Source of the DNA: Octopus vulgaris
Taxonomy: Eukaryota
NCBI GenBank assembly: GCA_951406725.2
Contig: OX597824.1
Location: 5,332,001 to 5,396,000, forward strand
Length of the DNA: 64,000 bases
Direction of reading: 5' to 3'
In this document: positions 26,037 through 38,497 of the stretch, piece after piece
Layout of the letters: each line of letters opens with the position of its first letter
Position numbering within the stretch: position 1 is the stretch's first letter
Made by a program: the position numbers and the translations under genes
Notes under the pieces: generated by a model
The model's input: the letters and a program-made list of their open reading frames with translations, nothing else
Told to the model about the DNA's origin: nothing
Databases searched by the model: none

Positions 26037-26250
26037 AGTTAATCCAAACATGAAAACACACAGAGAAAACACATCAACGCGAGGATGTGGAACAAGTATA
26101 GTGTTATTGGACGCTCAGGAAAGGAAGGAAAGAAGGAGGATTTCACGTTTCGAGCGGAGCTCTTCGTCAGAAACATAGGAAAAGGAAAGATCCAAGGAAG
26201 GGAAGACGGAGGAAAAAAAATCGCCAACGATACACACGCGGCCACATATT
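26037..26250 (-). mobile_element. Family D repeat with a hammerhead motif (26139-26174)
   Basis: CTGACGA-A-GAGC TCC GCTC-GAAACGTG; cleavage triplet is GTG; homologous to 11087-11305. Confidence 0.7.
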
Positions 26251-26700
26251 GAATATACTTATATATATATATACCTGCATACATGCATGAATAAATACCT
26301 GTGATAGTTGCAATATCATTAGAGCCAACAAACAACTAGAGAAAAGGAGTTTACAATATTAGAGATTCTCCGGTGCGATTTATCTGGATTAGAAGAAATC
26401 AAACTAGTGAAAGAGACTATAATCAAAGCTATAGAAAACTTGGCCACCATCTTCAGATTGAATGGAAGGGTTGATTGCAACGTCTCACAATGTCATTGTT
26501 AAAATAAAATATAGCGAAACTTACTGCCTGAAAATGATTGTTTGTTTGTATTGTTGTTTTGACTAGCAGTGAACACCTTATACTTTTTGTTGAAGAAATC
26601 TGAAAGCTGATAACCTTCGGATAATCTTGTAGGATTAAATATATATATTCCATCTTCGAGCTTCTCGGAATTAAGATATGAAATGTAAGATCTACTCTAC

Positions 26701-26744
<44 letters not shown>

Positions 26745-26749
<5 letters not shown>

Positions 26750-26937
26750 ATCCAAACAAAGAAGAACAAACAAGAATAAACAACAACGCGAGGACGTGGT
26801 ACAAGTACTGTATTATCAGACGCCTACGAAAGGAAAGGAAGAGGATTTTACGTTTCGAGCAAAACCCTTCTTCAGAAATAGAGGTAAGTCGAAAAGAAAG
26901 AGGAAAAAATCGCCAACGATACACACGTGGTTACATT
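26745..26937 (-). mobile_element. Family D repeat with a hammerhead motif (26845-26879)
   Basis: ATTT-CTGAAGA-AGGGTTTTGCTC-GAAACGTA-AAAT; abuts (TA)n. Confidence 0.65.
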
Positions 26938-27401
26938 TTGGAATGACTGGATATATATTATTGGTGGATTCTTTCTGAGAACACATTTGTAAAATGATGA
27001 CAGAACAGATCTGTTCTTAAGATGAGGTTAAAGAAAAAATAATACCTATGCTTTGTGGCATAGAGTATAGATATAGAGTCTATGCCAAATTAATGAAAAG
27101 TAAATAAAATATCTCAAGTCCTAGTGACGTATCACTGCCGATAAAACATTTGGACTTATAACTTTAGATTTATAAGTTATTACTGGACGCCGTGTTTACT
27201 AGCAAAATGCCGCAACCCCAGTCGAGGGAGGCTGGCCTTTGCAAAACCAGAGAAGTACAACGAAGTAGGAAATACAGCTGTAAAATATTTGAAACATTTC
27301 ACAGTTTTATTAAGTAATGAAGTTACTCTTAGAGAGACATGTGTACATATATGCATAACTCTAAAGACACAGATCAGGCAGGCAATAGCATGCTTGTACA
27401 C

Positions 27402-27810
27402 AAGGCGGCGAGTTGGCAGAATCGTTAACACGTCGGGCGAAATGCTTAGCGGTATTTCGTCAGCCGCTACGTTCTCAGTTCAAATTCCGCCGAGGTCGAC
27501 TTTGCCTTTCATCCTTTTCGGGGTCGATTAAATAAAATACCAGTTACGCACTGGAGTCGATATAATCGACTTAATCCGTTTGTCTGTCCTTGTCTGTCTG
27601 TGTTTAGCCCCTTGTGGGGAGTAAAGAAATATGTATTTCGTCAGCCGCTACGTTCTTAGTTCAAATTCCGCCGAGGTCGACTTTGCCTTTCATCCTTTTC
27701 GGGGTCGATTAAATAAGTACCAGTTACGCACTGGGGTCGATGTAATCGACTTAATCCGTTTGTCTTTCCTTGTTTGTCCCTTCTATGTTTAGCCCCCTGT
27801 GGGCAATAGC
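27402..27810 (+). mobile_element. SINE family B head-to-tail dimer
   Basis: Second unit restarts at GTATTTCGTCAGCCGCTACG directly after the AAAGAAATA tail. Confidence 0.9.
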
Positions 27811-27988
27811 GTGCTAGCACACACACACACACACGTCTGAAGATACGTAAGTGTCTGTCTCGTTGATATCGAAATCCTAATAAGTCTTATGCTTTGGTTA
27901 GAAACCCACTCTTCGTCGAAAGGTGAGAAGTTTTCACATAAAGGAACATCACACCACACCACACACACATACACACACACGCACACAC

Positions 27989-28036
<48 letters not shown>

Positions 28037-29366
28037 GTGTGTGTGTGTGTGTGTAGGCGTATACATACAATATTGCCATGTATTCTTATCTGCACAATTA
28101 TATAATTTAAGAGCAACACTGATATATCGAAAAAGATTGATTCGCTGATTGAAATACACATCGAGAAATGGTAACACAGCAAACATAAAACGTACACCTT
28201 TGTGGATGAAGTCACGTAAAGGCAGACATAGTGAGATACTACTAATAATAATGGTGATAATAAAAAAAACCCAAAACCCCAGACCGATAGCAAATAATAA
28301 ACATAGACACATTCTGACGGGTAGAATTACAAATTGCATTCGATAAAATACAAAAGAAAGAAAGCGTAAAAATGATTTGTGTGATATTGTGTGTTGTCTT
28401 TATTGTCCGAATTTGAACATAAATCAAGGTTGGACACAATCGGGTATATACATCTGCTTAATTCAAGACAAAGCGGGTGGCAATAAAAACCAAAACGTAT
28501 AGAATTTAGTTAGTATTCAGTAAGATATCAAAGCAGATTTTATGATTCAACGAACCAAAATAAAAAAGAAAGGAAAAATATATAAATAAAAAAATAGAAA
28601 ATAAGAATAAATAACAACAAACAAGTTGATTTTATTCACAGTGTCTATTTTCAACATCGATGGTTTTATGGCGTGTATTTTAATCAATGCCGTTTTCGTT
28701 TTGCTTTTCTCGAATCTATGATAAATGTACGGTACATTTAAAGCAACGAACTGGCAAATTTTACTGGCATAGTAAAATAGTTTATGCCAACTGGCTAGGA
28801 TTAATTATGGATATTTTATGGTCATTAAATATTTTTCAGACTTTAACCACTTCTTTTAAGGCAGTCCTACAGAGTAGACTTATGAAAATCGGAAGATGGC
28901 ATGTTTCTTTATCTTGTGCTTATTTGTTGATTTATTACAGAAAAATTAGCTTAAATCTAGCGCATCACGTTTTTGCTGTGGAATTATTCTGCAAACTAAA
29001 TATCGAATTTTCTTTTTGGAAATATGTGCGTAAGAAAAAGTCATGTGTTAAAGGTACTTGAGAAATCTTCATGAAGTTGTTGATGCATCCTCTTTTGCAC
29101 ATTTAATTTGCATGTCTGCAACAATCACGTTGGTGTTTGGTTTTATAAGCTTCTTTTCAATGAGAAGATATTTACCGGAGAGTGAAGACTATTGAAAAGG
29201 TTGCAACGAAAATTTTAGGAAAATAAAAATAAGAAATAAGTGGAAATTTTACCGGTGAGCGTGTTACATTATGAGGCACATAAAGAAAATGACTCTCGCC
29301 AGGCACAACGGAATATTTAACGGAATTATTCGAAACTGAAGGGGATTTTCTATTTCCTTGTTAGTA

Positions 29367-29616
29367 TTGGGTTGGTGCATAATTATTGCGGCTTTTTCTC
29401 AACAAATTTTATTCAACAAAAAGAAAAACATATAACAAAAACATCTTTAAATGATTATTCCGGAGCATAATCACCATCTACTTCAATTATTGTTTCCCAT
29501 TTGTTTGGTCGACGGTCAGACCGTCATTTGAAGATGTTTTTGTTAAATATTGTTTTTGTACAATAAAATTTGTTGGGGGGGGGGGGGGGAGCCGCAATAA
29601 TTATGCACCAACTGAA
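29367..29616. mobile_element. Mariner-derived foldback MITE (250 bp)
   Basis: TIRs TTGGGTTGGTGCATAATTATTGCGGCT / AGCCGCAATAATTATGCACCAACTGAA, TA TSD; inverted similarity extends about 90 bp; centre encodes PNKWETIIEVDGDYAPE* on the minus strand. Confidence 0.88.
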
Positions 29617-29626
29617 TAGTTAAGTA

Positions 29627-30240
29627 AAGGCGGCGAGCTGGCAGAATTGTTAGCGCGCCGGGCGAAATGCTTAGCGGTATTTCGTCTGCCTCTACGTTCT
29701 GAGTTCAAATTCTGCCGAGGTCGACTTTGCCTTTCATCCATTCGGGGTCGATTAAATAAGTACCAGTTACGCAGTGGGGTTGATGTAATCGACTTAATCC
29801 CTTTGTCTGTCCTTGTTTGTTCCCTCTATGTTTAGCCCCTTGTGGGCAATAAAGAAATAAGAAACGTTAGCACGCCGGGCGAAATGCTTAGCGGTATTTC
29901 GTCTACCGTTACGTTCTGAGTTCAAATACCGCCGAGGTCGACTTTGCCTTTCATCCTTTCGGGGTTGATAAATTAAGTACCAGTTACGCACTGAGGTTGA
30001 TGTAATCGACTTAATCCCTTTGTCTGTCCTTGTTTGTCCCCTCTATGTTTAGCCCCTTGTGGGTAATAAAGAAATAGGTATATCGTTTGTCAGTACGTTC
30101 TGAGTTCAAATTCTGCCGAGGTCGACTTTGCCTTTCATCCTTTCGGGGCCAATGAATTAAGTACCAGTTACGTACTAGTGTCGATCTAATCGAGTGGCCC
30201 CCTCCCCGCGAATTTCAGGCCTACAGTAGAAAGGATTATT
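29627..30240 (+). mobile_element. SINE family B head-to-tail trimer
   Basis: Three successive cores; units 2 and 3 are progressively 5'-truncated; last unit has the alternative tail. Confidence 0.9.
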
Positions 30241-30905
30241 AGTAGCAATTTAAAAACAAAGGAGGGTGCAATTATAGTTGCTCTCCTATTTTGCTGATTG
30301 GGTAACATTTGAAAAAATGTAATGTAAAAATGCAGTCATCAAATATTTAAATTATTCAAAGTTACAATAACATCAAGGTTTTCCTTATCCAGAAGGAAAA
30401 CCATTGATTAACTTAAGTATATGCGCATAAAATTAGATTTGCCTGAAATGAGCGACAATCAAACAGTCTTCTGAGACGTCACGCGCTAGGGGCCACCAGG
30501 TGAACTGTTGACCTGTAACTGTATAAATGTTGCCACAGGAGAAAAACGGTTACGTGAAGAACAACTTAACAAAAGGAATACTGAATTCAGTTTCAGCGTA
30601 CACGGACGTGTTAACTATATATGAACACAACTTTATTTTAATCCTTGATGCTTGGTGTACCTTTTTATGATTTTACGACCTTTTAGAATATATGTATATG
30701 TATGTATATACGTGCATGCATGTATGTATGTATGTATGCATGTATGTATGTAAGTATGTATGTATGTATGTCCTTGTTTTTTTGTATCGTCTATCTGGAT
30801 GCTTTGTTGTCCTTTTTGTATAACCTAGTTGTCCGGATGTTTTGCGTTCTTGTCCCATTTTGTATTTTATATATATGCCTGTCTGTCTGTCTGCATGCAT
30901 GTATG

Positions 30906-30970
<65 letters not shown>

Positions 30971-30974
30971 TATA

Positions 30975-31495
30975 GTGGAATAATTACTTTGAAGCATTGT
31001 GTTGAATATATTGTATAAAGGGTCGTGGGTAGGGCCAGAACAATGCGATGAAAATGCAAGGCAAATGTCAAGAAGACAAATATATGAATTAATGTAGAGT
31101 TACTTTGCATTCAATATTTCGGTTTATGACCCCCTTTTCAAAAAATAACGAATGTCGCCAATGTGCGTGTGGGTGAGAATGTGTTGAGTGGGCATGCGCG
31201 GAAAGGTGTTGCTATAGCAACCACCTAGCTTCCTGTAACTCTCTTCTGTTGTTGATATTTGGTTTCTTTTGCTGTATGAGGATGGCCTCAGAGATTCTAA
31301 AATTGCTCCTGTTCTGCTGTGTTGCCCTGATGTGCACCGTCAATTCCCGGGTCTGGCCTTTCTGGCGATGTGTCTGTCTGCATGTGTTCCGTTAGACGTA
31401 TATGCAGTTTTCTTGTTGTGCTTCCTATGTAGGATGCCCCACGTTTGTCACAGACGATCTCGTATAGAACATAGGTATATTGCAGTACCGTGTCA
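30975..31495 (-). pseudogene. Penelope-like element relic, GIY-YIG endonuclease region
   Basis: Minus-strand translation VLYEIVCDKRGASYIGSTTRKLHIRLTEH (about 31383-31470) fits the PLE GIY-YIG signature; flanked by (TA)n. Confidence 0.8.
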
Positions 31496-31526
31496 TTATA
31501 TATATATATATATGGATGTATATATA

Positions 31527-32782
31527 CAGGGGTTGGACAGAATAATGGAAACCCCTAGCGACATAGCATCATAATTTTGAAATATCTATAAAACCATCAC
31601 AAGCTTGTTTATTGTAATCTTTTTGATTCATTGTTTGTGTTGTTTAATTTATTTTGCTAAAATTGCTCAGAAAAAAGCAATTAACATTAATTTAAATGAC
31701 AGATCTATCGGACTTTCAAAGAAGGCACATTGTTGGTGCTCGTATTGCAGGCGCTAGCGTAAGGAAAACAGCCGAAATGTTTGGTGTATCAAGAAGTGCT
31801 GTCTCAGAAGTAATGACAGCTTTTAAGAAAGAGGGAAACAACCTACTTGTCGAATCAAAACTCCGGAAGAAAACCAAAACTTTCAGATAGGGACCGTCGG
31901 ACTCTTACTTGAATTGTTAGAAAGGATCACAAAAGTACAGCTCGCAAAATTCCTGCAGAGCTTAATGACCACATCGAGAACCCAGTGTCCGCAAAGCTTG
32001 TTCGACGGGAGCAGCACGAAGCCGGATTTCACGGGAGGGTAGACCTCAAAAAAACACTACTTTCAAAAACAAAGGTTGCAAAGCGTTTAGAGTGGAGTAA
32101 AAACCCACAGAATTGGTCCCTAGAGCAGTGGAAGAATGTCATTTTCTTGGACGAGTCATACGTTACCTTATTTCCGACCACCAGCCGAGCATACGTATGG
32201 AGACAACCAAAAGAAGCATTTGACGTAGACTGCCTTCTCCCAACAGTTAAGCAGGGAGAAGGATCTATAATGATATGGGGGTGGGGTATATCTTGGAAAT
32301 CCGCCGGCCAAATGGTTTCCCTTCATGGTAGAATTAATAGTCAATACTATTTAAGCCTTTTATCTGATCAAATTCATCCTATGGTTGCGGAACTGTTTCC
32401 AGAGGGGAACGCAATGTTTCAGGATGATAATACACCAATTCACACAGCTTAAGTTGTTACTGAATAACACGAGGAACATTCTAGTGAAGTTGAACATCTT
32501 ATCTGGCCACCACAGTCCCCGGATATCAATATTATTGAACATTTATGGTGCATTTTAGAAAAACAAATAAGGATGCAATTTCCTCCACCATAGCAACTAC
32601 AAGAACTGGAGACTGTTTTAGCTGAAGAATGGACAAAAATTCCTTTGGAAACAATTCAAACTTTGTATGAGTCCATACCTCGTAGAATTCAAGCTGTAAT
32701 TACTGCCAAAGACGGTCGTACTTTATATTAAAATAAATTTGTTGAATTTTTATGGTGTCTCTATTATTTTGTCCAACCCCTG
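31527..32782 (+). mobile_element. Full-length Tc1-like DNA transposon (DD36E spacing), inactive
   Basis: About 29-bp TIRs CAGGGGTTGGACAGAATAATGGAAACCCC / GGTGTCTCTATTATTTTGTCCAACCCCTG, TA TSD, 1256 bp. Confidence 0.95.
31696..32731 (+). pseudogene. Tc1-family transposase pseudogene
   Basis: HTH N-terminus MTDLSDFQRRHIVGAR..., IFLDES, FQDDNTPIH, WPPQSPDINIIEHLW; a frameshift near 31.84 kb and several in-frame stops. Confidence 0.93.
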
Positions 32783-33059
32783 TATACTCCGCATACACAC
32801 ATAAATCTGCACACATGCATACATACATATATATGTGATTGTGTGCAGATTTTTCAACGGGTGGATATCTATAGCATCCCAGTCTGTGTCGAGTATTATT
32901 TCTGAGTTGTTATATATAAAATTATTACTCTTGCAAACTTTCCATTTGTGTTCATTATATCATTACTTTCATTTCTATAATCACATTAGCTCTTTGTATA
33001 CCATACTTTGCAAATGGATTGCCTAACTGCCACAACCAATAGGCTGAAACTAGTCTTAA

Positions 33060-33110
33060 CACACACACATATATATATATATATATATGCTTATATATGT
33101 ATGTATATGA

Positions 33111-33181
<71 letters not shown>

Positions 33182-33466
33182 TAGATATATACATATATAT
33201 ACATATGCATTTTATTTGTATATAGATGTATATGTCACGTAATATATGTAGACACACACAGACATTCATATATTTGTATAAAGACATAAAGCATATACAT
33301 ATTTATAGACATACATAGTTGACTGGAAATATGCGAATATTTAATTATGCATATACATGTGTGAGTGTCGGAGTGTAAGTGAATGTATGTATAGCCCTGT
33401 ATATGTATCAATATCATTTGATGCCTATATCAATATGTACATGCACATACATGTATATATATATAA

Positions 33467-33504
<38 letters not shown>

Positions 33505-33722
33505 ACATATATATATATATATATATATATATAAACACACATATCTATATATATATATACATATGTATTCATACACATATATATGCATGTGTATATATAT
33601 GTATTATATGTATATACGTATATATATATATATATATATATACGTATATATAGACATATATATGTATGGATATATTTATATGTAAATATGTATGTATGTA
33701 TATATGTATGTGTGTGTACGTC

Positions 33723-33772
<50 letters not shown>

Positions 33773-33925
33773 TATACATAATAGGTACATATATATATAC
33801 ACACATATATGCATATATATATATATATATATATATAATAGGTACATATATATATACACACATATATGCATATATATATATATACACACACATATATATA
33901 CATGAGTGTGTGAGTGTGTGTTTGT
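33060..33925. repeat. Compound (TA)n/(TAGA)n microsatellite field
   Basis: Directly visible; includes a duplicated AATAGGTACATAT...GC unit at about 33780-33900. Confidence 0.9.
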
Positions 33926-34424
33926 GCTTCTGCCTTTCCGTGTATGTAATCATATTTGCTTTTTGTATCCTATTCAATTATATTCAACCAAATTATATTT
34001 AAAGACACCACAATATGTTAACCACATTCCAGCCGGCTCCATGTTTACATACGTCTTCGTTCTTCTTTACACGGAGAACAGTGTTATTAATATTTATCGA
34101 TAAATATTTCTAGCAAACTATTTTCGTTTTGAAAAATGTAAACTTAGTTTATTTTACCTTTGGGGAATCATTATGTGAACGAAGTTCTTTGGTGTTACAC
34201 ACTTTACAAGTATGATCGGTGTTTATTTTTATAATATAATTAAGGTGTTAGAAATACTATCAGAAGTATACTAAAATGTCTGGCTAAGTAAATAGAAATT
34301 TTATTTCAATTTAGATGTATGCTTGCGTCATGCATTGGAAACACAGCATAAAGGCTCATAAACACTCCGAAACCATGTTTAATACCAACACGTTTATCTG
34401 AACGCCTATTGGTTCTCATATATT

Positions 34425-34822
34425 AGGTGAATGAGTGGTAAGTAGCTTGCTTACCAACCACATCCTTCCGGGTTCATTCCCACTGTGTGGAACCTTGGGC
34501 GAGTGTCTTCTACTATAGCCTCGAGCCGACCAAAGCCTTGTGAGTGGATTTGGTAGACGGAAACTGAAAGAAGCCCGTCGTATATATGTTTATATATATA
34601 TTGTGTGTATGTTTGTGTGTCTGTGTTTGTTCCCCTCCCAACATCTCTTGACAACCGATGGTGGTGTGTTTTCGTCCCCTTAACTTAGCGGTTCGGCAAA
34701 AGAGACCGATAGAATATGTACTACGCTTCCAGAGAATAAGTCCTGGGCTCGATTTGCTCGACTAAAGGCGGTGCTCCAGCATGGCCGCAGTCAATGACTG
34801 AAACAAGTAAAAGAGTAAAAAG
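34425..34822 (+). mobile_element. SINE family A
   Basis: Matches the family A body and tail. Confidence 0.88.
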
Positions 34823-34872
34823 TGAATGAATATATAGAGATACACGGACACACATACACACACATATACATG

Positions 34873-35180
34873 TTGTTGTTTTGTTATTCCTTCTCGAGTC
34901 ATGCCTGGCTCATAAGGGCCGGTTTCCCGGTTTCCTTGGCGTATAAGTTCCCCACCTGGACGGGACGCCGGTCCGTCGCAGATGAGCCGCAAGATGCAGG
35001 GGATAAAGTGAGAGAAAGATATGGCAAAAGAGTCAGCAGAAGTTCGCCATTATTTTCTGCCGGAGCCGCGTGGAGCTTAGGTGTTTCGCTCATAAACACA
35101 CGTCGCCCGGTCTGAGATTCGAACCTGGGATCCCTCGACCGCGAATCCGCTGCTCTAACTATTAGGCCATGTGCCTCCAC
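34873..35180 (-). mobile_element. tRNA-derived SINE, variant C3 (family C head, different 3' module)
   Basis: Head GTGGAGGCACATGGCCTAATAGTTAG...GGTTCGAATCTCAGACCGGGCG; 3' TGCGACGGACCGGCGTCCCGTCCAGG; (CAA)n tail; TSD ACATATACATG at 34862-34872 and 35181-35191. Confidence 0.88.
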
Positions 35181-35612
35181 ACATATACATGCACACACAC
35201 GCATCTCACTTTGGCAACAAATACTGAAAGATACAAAGATTCATGAAGACATCTCTACCTTAGATGCTACGAAAATAAGGAAGTCCAATATTTTTTATGA
35301 AATAATTTTGTGTATGCATTCGAACAACGGTTCGTAACTTCAGCCATGAATATGATGTAATTCGTGGAATATTTTATTAGCACATAGCAATAATGTTGCG
35401 TTATTGTCGGGTTTATGTGGTAACTATAAATTCCTCATTTTATATCTGTTCCAAAACCTGATTTATTCTTTGTATTGCGCGGAAGTTTTGAAGTGTTGCT
35501 GGCAAGCTCTTGAAATAATGGTGCATATACAGAATGGAACCGCCAAAAGACTGGGATGTCGTATTTCAATGTTATTTTACCAATTCTGATAACAGAAAAA
35601 CGTATACAAATT

Positions 35613-36190
<578 letters not shown>

Positions 36191-36397
36191 ACTTGTGATT
36201 GATTAATATAATTCGAGTTATTATCTGTGAATATTAACTTGGGTGCTTTCAACTAGAATGTAATATATATATAATTCTGGGATATAAACAGTGTTCAAAG
36301 AATTAGGAATATAGACATTTCACGAAAATTATCGAAATTAAAGCGTATGAAAGTGAACACTTGAAGTTCCATTTCATTCAAACAAAAACAAAAAATA

Positions 36398-36756
36398 TCA
36401 AGAGCCCTCAGAGAACGCAAACCTCCGCCAAGGCAACACCAACATCCTCTCAACAATTAGACGGAGATTTTTTTAAAAATGAGAATATCTGAAATAAGCT
36501 TGACTGCTTTCACAAATGAGAATACTTAAAATGAATCCGACCGCTCTCAAAAATTAAGTAAAAAAACGGAAAAATAATCCAGAATTCTTGTGCGGTATCC
36601 TATCAATTCCAAAATCTAATCAGTTTGTGCCAATCACAAGACCAAACATCCCTGAAAGTTTCATCCAAATCCATCCAGCGGTTCTTGAGATATCTTGTTC
36701 ACGGTCAAACAAGCACGGCTAAAAACAACACTTCCGCCTTCGCGAAGGTAATAATA
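36398..36756 (-). mobile_element. Non-autonomous Helentron/HINE-like element
   Basis: Starts TTATTACCTTCGCGAAGGCGG, contains GATATCTCAAGAACCGCTGGATGGATTTGGATGAAACTTT, ends CCTTGGCGGAGGTTTGCGTTCTCTGAGGGC (subterminal inverted repeat plus 3' hairpin layout). Confidence 0.7.
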
Positions 36757-37034
36757 TTCAAATTGTTATTGGAAGCCGTTCTGACGTCTTATGAAAACAG
36801 AGTCGAATCATGAAAGAATGTTAACAAAGGTATCGTTGACAATGTTTCGAATGTTCGAACTGAACTGCTAGCCCTCGTCGAGCTGTGGTATCGGCCGAAA
36901 CTTTGAAGTTACTGCCGTCACCATTTTGAAGTTACTACCGAAAAGTATTGAGTGATCTTCCAGTTGAATGTAGAATCACTCTTTTATATCTCGACATAAA
37001 AACTAACATTGATATATATATGTATATGTATATG

Positions 37035-37066
<32 letters not shown>

Positions 37067-37068
37067 TG

Positions 37069-37102
<34 letters not shown>

Positions 37103-37151
37103 TGTATGTATGTATGTATGTATGTATGTATGTATATATTTATATATATAT

Positions 37152-38441
37152 TGTTACGGTTGGCTAAGTGCATTTCGGGTTTAATTAGTGTAGTGTTTCT
37201 GGTGACCCACATCGTGGATATGGTTCCAGTATGTCTGGTGAAAATGTGACAGTCTTTTGTCTAATGGAGGACTAATGGGTTTTGGAATGACCTGTGACCT
37301 CGTGCGGTTGAGAAAAGGGTCAGTGAGAATGTGAGAGAGGAAGACAGATTAAGGGCTGAGAGCAAATAGAGATAGAGTATAAGCAGTAAGGGACGGATGG
37401 AGAGGCTAAGAGTCTGGCAGGCGATAGCGATAGAGTAAGAGCAGAGGGCAAATAGAAAGGATAAGCAGTAAGGGACAGATAGAGAGGCTAAGGGATTGAG
37501 GCGATATAGATAGAGTAAGGAATCAGAGAGCAGTTAGAAAGGGTAGGAGCGATATAGACAGAGGGAGACTGAGGCAGTGGAAGAAGGACAGAGACGAAGT
37601 GAGGTCTGGAGTTCGCAGTTGGTCGTGAGGAAGGACGGATCTGGGTAGTTGGTAGCTGGTCGTCAAGAAGGGCAGTCGTTGAGCGGTCGTCGAAGAACAC
37701 AGACGGACTCTGGAGGTCAGAGCGAGTGGATGGAACCTTGGATTTAAGTTGCAAGCGTTGGAATTCCTGGGATGCGAGGAGGCCTAGGAGCAAGCGATTG
37801 GAATATGCACAGAGGAGAATTAGCAGAGTATTCAGAGGATTTGGCAGTATTCAGAGATGAGAGGAATGGGACACTGGCAGATTCAATTAGGAATAAGGTA
37901 TTTAATTGTATTGATTGTGTATTGATATGTGTCACGATATAAAAGAAAAGAAGAGAGAAAAAGAAGGACTCTGTCGATGTAGTCGATAAAGAACATTGTG
38001 AATTGAAGAGTAAAGGACTTGTTGATTGTGATGTTTAGAAAAAGAGACTTTAAAGAACTGTTGTCTTCGGACGTGTACCTTTGAAATACTGTATATGACT
38101 TGTTGTGTCTTCGGACTGTTATATTGTTACATGCTGTTGTATTATGCTTTGATCTGTTGTATGATGTATTGAATAGTCACGTGCATGTCTGCCTTAAATG
38201 TATTTGATGTGTAGCAATTGTAATTGTCGTATAAACTGTTGTTTGAATATAAGCCAGTGTTGCCAGTTGTTGCCTTGCCTCTTTGGGTTGTATCTCGGGT
38301 TGTGCCTCTGTATCTCTGTGCTGTTGAGGTTGTGGCAGTATCTATCTGTATCTCCTCTCTCCGCCTCTCTGGGTTCCGTGGCGGAACTAGTGTGCGAGCG
38401 GTTCGGGACGAGCGACGACGGGCGATTCCGCTCCGTTCCGT

Positions 38442-38445
<4 letters not shown>
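37152..38445. mobile_element. Probable solo LTR (1294 bp) inserted in (TA)n
   Basis: Termini TGTTACGG...CCGTAACA (8-bp inverted), ATAT on both sides, no coding motif, purine-rich internal repeats. Confidence 0.7.

Positions 38446-38493
<48 letters not shown>

Positions 38494-38497
<4 letters not shown>

Noticed and set aside
30483-30505. CTCF-like motif GCCACCAGGTG
   Set aside because: A single short partial match, expected by chance.
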